In this document: positions 1-9,000 of the stretch, in pieces
How the letters are laid out: every line of letters begins with the position of its first letter
How positions within the stretch are numbered: the first letter of the stretch is position 1
Assembly: GCA_027038095.1 (NCBI GenBank)
Contig: JALVYA010000165.1
Coordinates: 1 to 31,416 of the forward strand
Source of the DNA: Archaeoglobaceae archaeon
GTDB taxonomy: Archaea > Halobacteriota > Archaeoglobi > Archaeoglobales > Archaeoglobaceae
Direction: 5' to 3'
DNA length: 31,416 bases
Notes under the pieces: model-generated
What the model saw: the letters and a program-made list of their open reading frames with translations, nothing else
What the model was told of the DNA's origin: nothing
The model's database searches: none
Translations under genes and position numbers: made by a program

Positions 1-2
1 AC

Positions 3-767
3 ATGCTGAAAAGCCTTGCCTCCACTTTTAAGTCCCACAAAATACCGGTTGTTCTTGATCCGGTAACAGAGCCCGTTGGTAAAGGCCTTCAGAAAACGTT
101 TGAGAGAGTGATTCAGATAAGAAGGACAGCAATCCTGGGTCAGGACAGGGACATAAACTGTCCGATTATGATAACGCCTATAGCCGCATGGACAATAGAA
201 GGAGACGATGTCGGAAAGATGTACTGGGAAACGGTGATAGCCGGAGTGTTTACAGTTAAGTACGGTGACATAATGATTCTGCACAGTTTAGAGCCGCACA
301 CGATAATGCCTCTCGTAACTTTAAGAGCAAACATATACACTGATCCCAGAACACCCGTTCAGGTTGAGCCGGGGCTGAGAGCGATAAACAACCCGGACAG
401 GAACTCTCCAGTTCTGATAACGACAAACTTCGCCTTAACATATTACACTGTTGAGAGCGACCTGCAGAGCTCTGGAGCGAGTGGCTGGTTGCTCGTCCTC
501 GACACGGGAGGTCTGGGAGTTGAGGTCAGCGTCGCCGGAGGTCAGTTTGAACCGGGAAAGGTAAAGCAGCTGATGGAGGAAACCAAGGTTGCGGAGAAAG
601 TTGACCACCGCTACCTCGTAATTCCCGGTCTGGCTGCAAGACTTCAGGGAGCTTTAGAAGATGAGCTCGGCTGGAAAGTGCTCGTAGGACCGACGGATTC
701 TGGCAGGCTTAAAGCCTGGCTCGAACAGAACTGGCCGCCCAAGGATGGTGTTAAGGTTAAGGAGTAA
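3..767 (+). CDS. cdhE: Acetyl-CoA decarbonylase/synthase (ACDS) gamma subunit / corrinoid Fe-S protein large subunit, C-terminal part; the gene begins upstream of the window
   Basis: Motifs typical of CdhE/AcsC: LRANIYTDPRTP, SPVLITTNFALTYYTVESD, LDTGGLGVEVSVAGG, LVIPGLAARLQG, WKVLVGPTDS. Confidence 0.93.
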   Translation: MLKSLASTFKSHKIPVVLDPVTEPVGKGLQKTFERVIQIRRTAILGQDRDINCPIMITPIAAWTIEGDDVGKMYWETVIAGVFTVKYGDIMILHSLEPHTIMPLVTLRANIYTDPRTPVQVEPGLRAINNPDRNSPVLITTNFALTYYTVESDLQSSGASGWLLVLDTGGLGVEVSVAGGQFEPGKVKQLMEETKVAEKVDHRYLVIPGLAARLQGALEDELGWKVLVGPTDSGRLKAWLEQNWPPKDGVKVKE

Positions 768-780
768 GGCAGGCACAGAC

Positions 781-870
781 AAACATTAATGGAATGGTGA
801 AACACTAAAAAACACGAAAACACTAAAGAAACATTAAAGCAAGATATCGGTAAAAGGTAAAACACGAAAA
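781..870. repeat. Degenerate AAACA(C/T)(T/G)AAA repeats between convergent genes; T-rich on the minus strand
   Basis: Copies start near 781 (aaacattaa), 800 (aaacactaaa), 810 (aaacacgaaaa), 819 (aacactaaa), 829 (aaacattaaa) and 860 (aaacacgaaaa). Confidence 0.6.
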
Positions 871-871
871 A

Positions 872-1624
872 TCACTGAAAAAATCCCGCCATAAACTCCT
901 TTACCTTTTCTCTTACGGAAACAACGTCACCTATCACAGCCACTGCCGGCGAGCCAACACCCTCTCTTTCAGCAACCTCAGCTATGTCTTTCAGTTTTGA
1001 ACAGACTACTTTTTGCTCATCGCAGCAACCCCACTGAATTACTGCTGCTGGGGTTTCGGGGTTTTTTCCGTTTTCGATAAGCTTTCTCACGTTCTCCTTC
1101 AGACTGCTCATGCCCATCAGTATGACTATTGTGGCGTTAAGCTTCGCCAGAGCCTCCCAGTTTAGCCTTTCCCTCGCCTGTTTTCCCGTTATGAAAACGA
1201 CGGCGGGGTCAAATTTCCTGTGAGTTAGAGGTATTCCGGCGCAGGCTGGAGCGGCTATGGCAGAAGATATGCCGGGAACAACGACGAATTTAACTCCGTT
1301 CTCAGCCAGATACTCCATTTCCTCTCCTCCTCTGCCAAATATAAATGGATCGCCGGCTTTCAGCCTGAGTACTTTTTTACCCTCCTTAGCAAGGCTTACG
1401 AGCAGCTCGTTTATCTCCTCCTGCCTCATCCTGTGCCTGCCGGCCCTTTTACCGGCATTGATTTTCTCAGCTTTGCTCCTGTCTAAAAGCTCCCAGACCT
1501 TTCTGCCAAAAAGCTCGTCGTGAACGATTACGTCCACTTCCTCTATCAGTTTTCTGGCAGCCTCAGTTATAACGTTTCCGCAACCGGCTCCGGCTATGTA
1601 AACGATTCCTTCCATTCCTTCCAT
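872..1624 (-). CDS. cobA: Uroporphyrinogen-III C-methyltransferase (SUMT), stand-alone
   Basis: VYIAGAGCG, GKKVLRLKAGDPFIFGRGGEE, VVPGISSAIAAPA, GIPLTHR. Last gene of the hemL-hemC run. The start could be 1615. Confidence 0.93.
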   Translation of the reverse strand: MEGMEGIVYIAGAGCGNVITEAARKLIEEVDVIVHDELFGRKVWELLDRSKAEKINAGKRAGRHRMRQEEINELLVSLAKEGKKVLRLKAGDPFIFGRGGEEMEYLAENGVKFVVVPGISSAIAAPACAGIPLTHRKFDPAVVFITGKQARERLNWEALAKLNATIVILMGMSSLKENVRKLIENGKNPETPAAVIQWGCCDEQKVVCSKLKDIAEVAEREGVGSPAVAVIGDVVSVREKVKEFMAGFFQ

Positions 1625-1648
1625 TTTATCTCCACCCGTGTAAACCTC

Positions 1649-2551
1649 CTAAAACCTGCCGTACTCCTTCATTATCCTTTTACAGTCCTCTTTCAGGTTT
1701 AACGCTATTTCCCTCGCTTCTTCGACTGCACTGCTTCTGGAAATCAGCTCGTCAACCCTCAGATCTCTACCGCTTTTCGAGTATACGTGAACGATTAGTC
1801 TTACCCTGTTTGACGCATCCGAATTGAGGCTGGCAAAAATTCCCGCTGGAACGGCACACCCAATTCCAAGGGTTTCGAGTACAACCCTCTCCACGCTCGC
1901 CTCAAGAAACGTTCTTTCGTGATTTACGAATTCCACCAGATCCTCCTCTCCTTTTCTCGTTTCCACGGCTATTATTCCCTGATTCGCAGAAGGGACGAAG
2001 ACCTCCGGATCCAGTCTGTGCCTCCTGACGTCAATACCCAGCCTTATCAGACCCGCTTCAGCCAGAATTATGGCGTCGTACTCTCCCTCTCTGAGTTTTC
2101 TCAGCCGCGTGTCCACGTTCCCTCTCAGATTTTCCGTCTTCAGGTCGGGTCTGACTCTTCTGAGCTGTGCGATCCTTCTGAGGCTCGAAGTTCCTACGAC
2201 TGCTCCTCTTTCCAGATCCTCCAGACCCTCACCGTTTTTCGAGATCAGGCAATCGCAGGGACTTTCCCTCTCCATAACAGCTGCAATCGTACCTTTTATT
2301 TTGGAAGGCACATCCTTGTAGCTGTGAACAGCCACATCGATTTTTCCCTCTGCAAGAGCCACATCTATTGTCTGCACGAAGGCTCCAGCCCCCCTGAACT
2401 CGTGCAGGGGTTTGTCTTTCATTACATCTCCCAGACTCCTGATGATTTTGACTTCCACCTCGTACCTTTCTTTCAGCAGTTTAACCACTTTTTCCGTTTG
2501 CGCCAGAGCAAGCTTGCTTCCCCTCGTTCCAACTACAATTTTCTCAGGCAT
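1649..2551 (-). CDS. hemC: Porphobilinogen deaminase (hydroxymethylbilane synthase)
   Basis: [51 protein letters not shown] (cofactor-binding Cys). Confidence 0.96.
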   Translation of the reverse strand: MPEKIVVGTRGSKLALAQTEKVVKLLKERYEVEVKIIRSLGDVMKDKPLHEFRGAGAFVQTIDVALAEGKIDVAVHSYKDVPSKIKGTIAAVMERESPCDCLISKNGEGLEDLERGAVVGTSSLRRIAQLRRVRPDLKTENLRGNVDTRLRKLREGEYDAIILAEAGLIRLGIDVRRHRLDPEVFVPSANQGIIAVETRKGEEDLVEFVNHERTFLEASVERVVLETLGIGCAVPAGIFASLNSDASNRVRLIVHVYSKSGRDLRVDELISRSSAVEEAREIALNLKEDCKRIMKEYGRF

Positions 2552-3801
2552 GCTTTTGCTACCTCTACTGTTTTTTCAACATCCTCTTCCGTGTGAGCGA
2601 CGCTGACAAAACAGGTTTCGTACTGTGACGGGGGCAGAAAGACTCCACTTTCGAGCATTCTGGAAAAGAACTCTAAAAACTTCGAAGCGTCCAGTTTCAA
2701 AGCGTCAGCGTAGTTCTCCGGCTTTTTACCAAAGTAAATGCAGAACATCGACGCTATGCATGCCGCCGAATATCCGAGTTTCTCAAGTTCTGGAGATATG
2801 CCCTCGACTATTGCTTTTGTCTTGCTTTCCAGATCCCTGTACGGCCTGTTTTTCACGAGGTAGTTAACGGCTGTGTATCCGGCGGCGAGGGTTAACGGAT
2901 TCCCGCTGAAGGTTCCAGCCTGATAAACGGGGCCAAGCGGTGAAATCAGCTCCATAATTTCTCTTCTTCCGCCGTAGATTCCTACTGGAAGTCCCCCTCC
3001 CGCAATTTTTCCGAGAGTTGTCAGATCGGGTTTAACTCCGTAGTACTGCTGGGCTCCTCCTTCGCTGAGTCTGAAACCGGTTATCACTTCGTCGAATATG
3101 AGCAAAACCTCGTTTTCTTCAGTAATTTTCCTGACCTCCTTCAGGTACCCGTCTGCTGGCAGTATAAGGGAGCTGTTGCCCATCACGGGTTCGAGTATCA
3201 TTGCCGCAATTTCGTCCCTGTTCTTTTCCAGCAGAGAACTCAGACTCTCCACGTCGTTGTAGGGAACCTGATACGTGTACTTCACGAACTCTTCCGGTAC
3301 TCCTGCCGAATTCGGAACGCCATGAGTTGTGGCTCCACTTCCCGCTTTAACAAGAACGGCATCGTGTGCACCGTGAAAACTACCCTCCACCTTTACGATG
3401 CCCTTTTTACCTGTATAACCCCTTGCAAGCCTTATTGCCGCCATCGTCGCCTCGCTTCCGGTGTTTACGAACCTCAGCATTTCTATGCCCGGATAAAGTC
3501 TGGTTATTAGTTCTGCAAACTCGACTTCGAGTTCTACGGGCGTTCCGTAAAGCCACCCTTTTTCCACCTGTTCGAGGATTGCCTTTTTCACATCAGGATG
3601 AGCGTGTCCGAGAATCAGGGGCCCGTAAGCCAGACAGTAGTCTATGTACTCGTTGCCATCGACATCGTACAGTTTGCTACCCTTGGCGTACTTCGTGTAA
3701 AAGGGATACGGCTTCACGGCCCTTACGGGGGAGCTAACGCCAGCGGGCATCAGATTCTTCGCTTTCTCATACAGTTTCCTGGATAGGGGTTCTGAAGGCA
3801 T
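2533..3801 (-). CDS. hemL: Glutamate-1-semialdehyde 2,1-aminomutase
   Basis: [70 protein letters not shown]. Start moved to the ATG at 3801 because the first 41 codons of the ORF track do not resemble HemL. Confidence 0.95.
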   Translation of the reverse strand: MPSEPLSRKLYEKAKNLMPAGVSSPVRAVKPYPFYTKYAKGSKLYDVDGNEYIDYCLAYGPLILGHAHPDVKKAILEQVEKGWLYGTPVELEVEFAELITRLYPGIEMLRFVNTGSEATMAAIRLARGYTGKKGIVKVEGSFHGAHDAVLVKAGSGATTHGVPNSAGVPEEFVKYTYQVPYNDVESLSSLLEKNRDEIAAMILEPVMGNSSLILPADGYLKEVRKITEENEVLLIFDEVITGFRLSEGGAQQYYGVKPDLTTLGKIAGGGLPVGIYGGRREIMELISPLGPVYQAGTFSGNPLTLAAGYTAVNYLVKNRPYRDLESKTKAIVEGISPELEKLGYSAACIASMFCIYFGKKPENYADALKLDASKFLEFFSRMLESGVFLPPSQYETCFVSVAHTEEDVEKTVEVAKACLRKL

Positions 3802-4368
3802 GGCCTGAGTTTTCTGCACGGGATATTTATTTTTGCCTTTGTTGTTTGCTTGCAGTTTTACGGAAAATGCCTGCGGAGAAAAGGTAATGGGTAAAATGCT
3901 GGAGGTTTTGTTGATTATCTGCATATTTTACTTGCAGGGTAATAAAAGAGGGAATCGAAAGCACTCTAAAGTGGTTGAATATATTGGGAGTGTAAGCCAT
4001 GTCAGTTTTAGTCAGCCTAAGAAATACAGGGTTCGTCGTGATGGATGCTGGAGGAACACGAGTAATATGAAGCTTGGAGACTTCAAAGTAAGAGATTGCA
4101 ACTAACTATACTGCACATAACAGGTCACCATCGACAAAGAGTACAAAAGAAAGCTGGCGGAGCCATTTTGTCTTATGTTGTCCCGTAAACGCAAATCCTG
4201 ATATCAGGTTCGGCAGGTATTCCGATGGCGTCTACATATGAGGTAAATCTATTGAATGGCAATGTACTGAATATAGACTGCAGGATACCACTATAATTGA
4301 CACATCCATAGAAAAAGAGTATAGAAAAAATGGTTGCTTAATTATTTTTATTTCACTTGACAGGTTAT

Positions 4369-6786
4369 CTAAAAAGACCCGAACCTCTTCTCCGTTCTGA
4401 CTTCCTTCTCTATCTCCTCGACGAACTTTATCAGGTTCTCTACTTCACTCTCCGCTGGAGGTAACTTCGACACCTTTTCCGTGAACTCCCTCATCGTTTT
4501 TGCGAATTTCTCACCCTCGCTCGCAGAAATCCACGTGAGCAGCAGCCTCTCCCTGTTAATTCCAAACTGGTCCAGCATCTGCCAGAGTTTTTCCACTCTG
4601 TTTTTGGCCTTGTAGTTTCCCGTCAGGTAGTGGCAATCACCGAGGTGGCAGCCGGCAACTATGACTCCATCAGCACCGTTGAGAAACGCTTTCAGAACGA
4701 AAACTGGATCAACTCTCGCAGAGCACATGACTCTTATCGCTCTCACGTTTGCCGGGTATTTCAGCCTCGCCAGACCTGCGGAGTCTGCTCCTCCGTAGCT
4801 GCACCAGTTGCAGAGAAATGCGAGAATTCTCGGCCTTTCCTCACTTCCATCGAAAGCGTTCTCTATCTGTGCAATTATCTGTCTGTCCGTGAAGCAACCC
4901 ATCTGCAGAGCTCCGGTTGGACAGGCCGCAACGCACCCGCCACAGCCCGAACAGTTTGGTCTTACGTAAGCTTTCCCCCAGCTAAGGTCTATAGCGTTGA
5001 AATCGCATATCTCCTTGCAGAGACCGCAGCCAAAACACAGCTCGGGTATTACATAGGCCGTTATCGGATCGACCTCTATGGCTCCCTTTGACAGCAGAGT
5101 GGCTGCCCTGCTCGCAGCGGCACTTCCCTGAGCGACGCTCGTCGGTATGTCCTTCGGAGAGTGTGCACATCCCGCAATGTATATTCCGGCTATCGCAGTG
5201 TCGACAGGCCTTAACTTTGCGTGAGCTTCCATGAAGAAACCGCTTGAATCGGCTGCAATCCCGAGCTTTTTCCTGAGTTCTTCAGCACCCTCTGCAGGCA
5301 GCATGGCCGGAGCGAGGACGACCATGTCGAAGCTCTCCCTTCTTATTCTTCCTGTTAACGTATCCTCCGCAATGACCTTTAGCTTTTTTACAGCTTTACC
5401 GTCTTCAAAATCCTCGAATTCCTCGATTTTTGCCGGCCTCCCTCTGACGAACCTGACCCCCATTTCTCTGGCTCTCCAGTAGAACTCTTCGTAGCCCTTG
5501 CCAACAGTCCTTATGTCCATGTAGAAGATGCACACGTCCGTTTCCGGACTCTTCTCTTTTATCTGAATTGCGTGCTTTATGGAGTACATGCAGCAAACTC
5601 CCGAGCAGTACTTTCTCATTTCTCCCCTCTCTCCTCTGCTTCCGACGCACTGGATAAACGCTATGCTCTTTGGCTTCTCTCCGTTTTTGAGGACTACTTT
5701 TCCTCCAGTGGGCCCTGAAGCGTTGATGAGTCTCTCGAACTCCATGCTCGTTATCACGTTTTCGTAGACGCCGTAGCCGTACTCCGGAATGTTTGACGGA
5801 TCAAAGAGGTCGTATCCCGTAGCAACTATTATCGCTCCGACTTCTATTTCCTCTATTTCGTCTCTCTGCTCGTAGTCTATTGCCTTTGGCAGGCAGACGT
5901 CTTCGCAGATTCCACATCCCATGCACGCTGCTGGATCGATTGTGTAAGTTAGAGGCACAGACTGAGGGAATGGCAGGTATATCGCTTTTCTCTTGGAAAG
6001 ACCACAGTTGAACTCGTCGTCAACCTCCACAGGGCAGTGTTCGGCACACACACCGCAACCCGTGCACGCATCTGTAACGAATCTGGCCTTTTTTCTGACC
6101 CTGACCTTGAAATTACCGACGTAGCCATCGACGCTCTCTATCTCCGCGTAGGTTATGACGTGAATTCTTTCGTGTCTGTACGCCTCCACCATTTTCGGGC
6201 CGAGAATGCATATCGAACAGTCGAGGGTTGGAAACGTCTTGTCAAGCTGAGCCATGTGCCCTCCTATACTCGGACTTCTCTCAATCAGGTAAACTTCGAA
6301 TCCCTGCTCTGCCAGATCCAAAGCAGCCTGAATTCCGGAAACTCCGCCACCTATTACCATTGCTTTGTCTATCAGGGAAATCCTCTTCTTTTCCAGAGGC
6401 TCGAGATACCACGCTTTGGCAACTGCCATTCTTACCAGAGCCTTGGCTTTCTCCGTCGCCTCTCTTCCCCTGTGGACCCATGAACAGTGTTCTCTTATGT
6501 TCGCCATTTCCAGCATGTACGGGTTCAGTCCGACCTCCTCTATGCAGTTCCTGAAGAGGTTTTCGTGCATTCTCGGACTGCATGCTGCAACCACAACTGC
6601 GTTGGCGTCGCATTCAGCCAGTACTTCCTTTATCATTTTCTGTCCGCTCGAAGAGCAGAGGTATTTGTTGTGTTTAGCAACAACGACTCCCGGTAAGGTT
6701 GAGGCGTACTCAACGACTTCCTCCACGTCAACTTCTCCGGCTATGTTCTTTCCGCAGTGGCAGACGAAAACCGCAACTTTATTCAT
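4369..6786 (-). CDS. hdrA: Heterodisulfide reductase subunit A fused to a C-terminal MvhD [2Fe-2S] domain (MvhD about 4369-4836)
   Basis: N-terminal VFVCHCG, ACSPRMHE and NIREHCSWVH; Rossmann VIGGGVSG; MEFERL; CSGVCCMYSIKH; four ferredoxin-type Cys motifs. Followed by MvhD motifs FLCNWCSY, RVMCSARVD, GCHLGDCHY, WISASEG. Confidence 0.95.
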   Translation of the reverse strand: MNKVAVFVCHCGKNIAGEVDVEEVVEYASTLPGVVVAKHNKYLCSSSGQKMIKEVLAECDANAVVVAACSPRMHENLFRNCIEEVGLNPYMLEMANIREHCSWVHRGREATEKAKALVRMAVAKAWYLEPLEKKRISLIDKAMVIGGGVSGIQAALDLAEQGFEVYLIERSPSIGGHMAQLDKTFPTLDCSICILGPKMVEAYRHERIHVITYAEIESVDGYVGNFKVRVRKKARFVTDACTGCGVCAEHCPVEVDDEFNCGLSKRKAIYLPFPQSVPLTYTIDPAACMGCGICEDVCLPKAIDYEQRDEIEEIEVGAIIVATGYDLFDPSNIPEYGYGVYENVITSMEFERLINASGPTGGKVVLKNGEKPKSIAFIQCVGSRGERGEMRKYCSGVCCMYSIKHAIQIKEKSPETDVCIFYMDIRTVGKGYEEFYWRAREMGVRFVRGRPAKIEEFEDFEDGKAVKKLKVIAEDTLTGRIRRESFDMVVLAPAMLPAEGAEELRKKLGIAADSSGFFMEAHAKLRPVDTAIAGIYIAGCAHSPKDIPTSVAQGSAAASRAATLLSKGAIEVDPITAYVIPELCFGCGLCKEICDFNAIDLSWGKAYVRPNCSGCGGCVAACPTGALQMGCFTDRQIIAQIENAFDGSEERPRILAFLCNWCSYGGADSAGLARLKYPANVRAIRVMCSARVDPVFVLKAFLNGADGVIVAGCHLGDCHYLTGNYKAKNRVEKLWQMLDQFGINRERLLLTWISASEGEKFAKTMREFTEKVSKLPPAESEVENLIKFVEEIEKEVRTEKRFGSF

Positions 6787-6804
6787 TTAACCACCTTTAA
6801 CAAA

Positions 6805-8139
6805 TTAATTTTGCGTTTTCTCACTTCCGGACTTCTTCTTGCGAGCAGCCATCTGCTTTAACTTTTCCACGTCGGGCTTTCCAACCCTTATCAGACCTTC
6901 GTTGATCGCTCCGTCAACTATCTGCTTTCCTATCTCTGTTCTCGTTATTACAGTTCTCCATCCCTTCTGAGAACCGGCATTACCAAAGGATATGTCTGCA
7001 AATTCAGCACTCAGATCCCTGCAAACTCTGCACGATAGAGCCTCTTTTTCGGGGTGCTTCCCTCTGGGACAGAAAACACCCATTATAAGCTTTATCTCGT
7101 CGTGACCGAGCATTTTCATTTTCCTCGCAGCCTTTGACTGACATGGGACTCCAACGACTGCGATTTTCCTGTAACCTTTTTTAACAGCCTCTTTCAGGAG
7201 AGCTAACGTTGGAGCAACCACGAATTTTATTCCGGAGCACTCTTCAAGCTTTTCAGGCTTTGTGATTATAGTGGGCTCGTCTCCGACGACTATTGCGCAG
7301 TCAATTATTCCTTTTTCCATGGCATACTTGAGCAGGGCTGTTGCAGCTCCGGCTTTTTTTTCATCTCCTTTCCCCGACCTCTTTGCAGAAATTATGTCGA
7401 TGTACTCTCCGAGCGGATCCTCGCTCTCCTCAAGTTTGAAGTAGTCAGTTTTCGGACACTTGAGCAGGCAGGAAGCACAGTTTCTGCACTCCTCAACGAG
7501 GTACGGGTAGCTCAACCTGCCATCGACCGTTATTCTCAACACATCTTCTGGACAGGCAGAAACGCAGGCTCCGCAGATGGAGCAGAGTTTTCTGCCTATA
7601 ACTTCAGCGTGCAGAAGCGAAAATATGTCTCCTGCTTTTTCAAATTTTTTTATGACCTCGGGTATGTTCACATCGCCACCCGCCTCGAACATTCTCCTGA
7701 GCAATCCAGTGGAAAACCACTCCGATACGTAATCCGGAAACCTTTTCAGCTTTTTAGCTTCTTTTTTCTCTTTTGCTTCCTTCTCTACTGCTTTTGCCAC
7801 TTCTTTCTCTTCCACTTCCCCCGCTTCTGCCTCTTTTTCCAGCTCTTCAGCCACTCCCGCCTCTTTCCCTGCTTCTTTCTTCTCCTCTTCTTCTTTTTTC
7901 TCCTCGACCTCTTCAACTACAAGTTCAAGAGCGTTAAAGGGGCATACCTTAACGCATACTCCGCACCCTTCACACAGAAACCCGCTTTTAAGCTTCCCGC
8001 TCTCTATTCTCATCGTAACCGTGTTGTTAACAGGACAGACTGCAGCACAGTTACCGCAACCGATGCACTTCTCCTCGTAAACCTTTATGTATATTTTTGG
8101 TTCCATTCCGAGATTCTGGGTTCTAACATCAACAGCCAT
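6805..8139 (-). CDS. Fusion protein: FwdG-like 2x[4Fe-4S] ferredoxin, Glu/Lys-rich linker, and FpoF/FqoF/FrhB-like (F420 dehydrogenase beta family) domain
   Basis: N-terminal CIGCGNCAAVCPVN and CEGCGVCVKVCP; linker at aa ~76-131; EVIGRKLCSICGACVSACP and CRNCASCLLKCP; FrhB-type VGVPCQ, GVFC, CRVCRD, ADISFGNAGS, GWRTVITRTEIG. GAGGTG RBS-like motif upstream. Confidence 0.85.
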   Translation of the reverse strand: MAVDVRTQNLGMEPKIYIKVYEEKCIGCGNCAAVCPVNNTVTMRIESGKLKSGFLCEGCGVCVKVCPFNALELVVEEVEEKKEEEEKKEAGKEAGVAEELEKEAEAGEVEEKEVAKAVEKEAKEKKEAKKLKRFPDYVSEWFSTGLLRRMFEAGGDVNIPEVIKKFEKAGDIFSLLHAEVIGRKLCSICGACVSACPEDVLRITVDGRLSYPYLVEECRNCASCLLKCPKTDYFKLEESEDPLGEYIDIISAKRSGKGDEKKAGAATALLKYAMEKGIIDCAIVVGDEPTIITKPEKLEECSGIKFVVAPTLALLKEAVKKGYRKIAVVGVPCQSKAARKMKMLGHDEIKLIMGVFCPRGKHPEKEALSCRVCRDLSAEFADISFGNAGSQKGWRTVITRTEIGKQIVDGAINEGLIRVGKPDVEKLKQMAARKKKSGSEKTQN

Positions 8140-8142
8140 TTG

Positions 8143-8910
8143 TCACACCTCTTTTGTAACTCTTTTTAAAGCGTTCTCATGCTGGGTGAACCACGGGTAA
8201 AACGCGTTCTCGATTCTGACGTCCTCTCTCCTGATTTCTATCACCTTTGTCGGGCAGGCGTTTCTGCATGCTCCGCAGAGTATGCACACATCCATGTCCA
8301 CGCTCATTTTTCGTCCATCAAAGCTTATGGCGTGTGACGGACAAATGTCCATACAGACTCCGCAGAACTTGCAGTCCTCTCCGATTACGACCTCTCCGCT
8401 TATGGGTTTTTCAACGAATATCTTGTCGTCCGGACACAGCTTTGCGCACCTCCCGCAGAAAATGCACAGATCTTCTATCCACTCCTTCGTCGCTCTGCTT
8501 TCTCCTTCCGCTTTGTCCTCTTTTTTCTCCCCGTCTGCACTGGTTTTATCGACTATCGCACCCCATGGACATGCTTCCACGCATATACTGCAGTCTTCAC
8601 ACTCAAAATCGGCAAAAAACAGCCTTTTCAGCCTTATTTTAGCGCCTTCAACCTTAATCGCTCCTGAAGGACAGATTTCAGAACATACTCCGCAAAGAAT
8701 ACAGCTTTTTTCGTCAATTCTAACTCTCGGTTTTCCTATGAACATGTAGGCTAGGGGATACAGTCTTATAGCGTTCTGAGGACAAGCACTTGTGCACAGC
8801 TCGCAACCGAAGCAGAGCGACGTATCGTATGTGAGCATTCTCCTGACCTCTCCTTCCACGACCCTTTTTATCACGAAAATGTTTCCCCTGTACTCTGAAA
8901 TGTTCATCAT
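8143..8910 (-). CDS. FwdF/FmdF-like polyferredoxin with six CxxCxxCxxxCP motifs
   Basis: CFGCELCTSACP, CILCGVCSEICP, CEDCSICVEACP, CIFCGRCAKLCP, CKFCGVCMDICP, CILCGACRNACP. The N-terminus (IKRVVEGEVRRMLTYD) and the C-terminal W-containing helix resemble FwdF. Confidence 0.85.
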   Translation of the reverse strand: MMNISEYRGNIFVIKRVVEGEVRRMLTYDTSLCFGCELCTSACPQNAIRLYPLAYMFIGKPRVRIDEKSCILCGVCSEICPSGAIKVEGAKIRLKRLFFADFECEDCSICVEACPWGAIVDKTSADGEKKEDKAEGESRATKEWIEDLCIFCGRCAKLCPDDKIFVEKPISGEVVIGEDCKFCGVCMDICPSHAISFDGRKMSVDMDVCILCGACRNACPTKVIEIRREDVRIENAFYPWFTQHENALKRVTKEV

Positions 8911-8933
8911 TGAGCATGTGGGATAGTTTGCAA

Positions 8934-8948
8934 TATTTAACGTTTTGC
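8934..8948 (-). promoter_or_regulatory. Putative BRE-TATA promoter of the polyferredoxin / FrhB-like / hdrA operon
   Basis: The minus strand reads GCAAAACG-TTAAATA, about 24 nt upstream of the ATG at 8910. Confidence 0.55.
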
Positions 8949-8971
8949 CACGTCGTATGACGATATGTAAA

Positions 8972-9000
8972 CAATACTAACTATTAATCGTTATGTATTG
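8972..9000. promoter_or_regulatory. Imperfect inverted repeat (candidate operator) between the divergent hdr operons
   Basis: CAATACTAAC-TATTAATC-GTTATGTATTG: 10-bp arms with one bulge, centred on the palindrome ATTAAT. Confidence 0.45.

Noticed and set aside
781-870. CRISPR array
   Set aside because: Units are about 10 bp, irregularly spaced, with no unique spacers and no cas genes.
1919-2596. 225-aa plus-strand ORF
   Set aside because: Antisense shadow of hemC. The same applies to other long overlapping ORFs (e.g. 7609-8169, 23043-23651, 25772-26494, 29423-29947), which lie opposite well-supported genes and have no motifs.
3802-3924. 41-aa N-terminal extension of HemL given by the ORF track
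   Set aside because: It does not resemble HemL. Similarity starts at MPSEPL (ATG 3801).
3833-4105. 90-aa ORF as a real gene
   Set aside because: TTG start without an RBS, atypical composition and no recognisable motif. Treated only as part of a possible remnant.
4369-6786. QmoB of the sulfate-reduction Qmo complex
   Set aside because: No qmoA, qmoC or aprAB nearby. The protein has an intact HdrA N-terminal cluster motif and an inserted ferredoxin domain, and hdrCB are adjacent.
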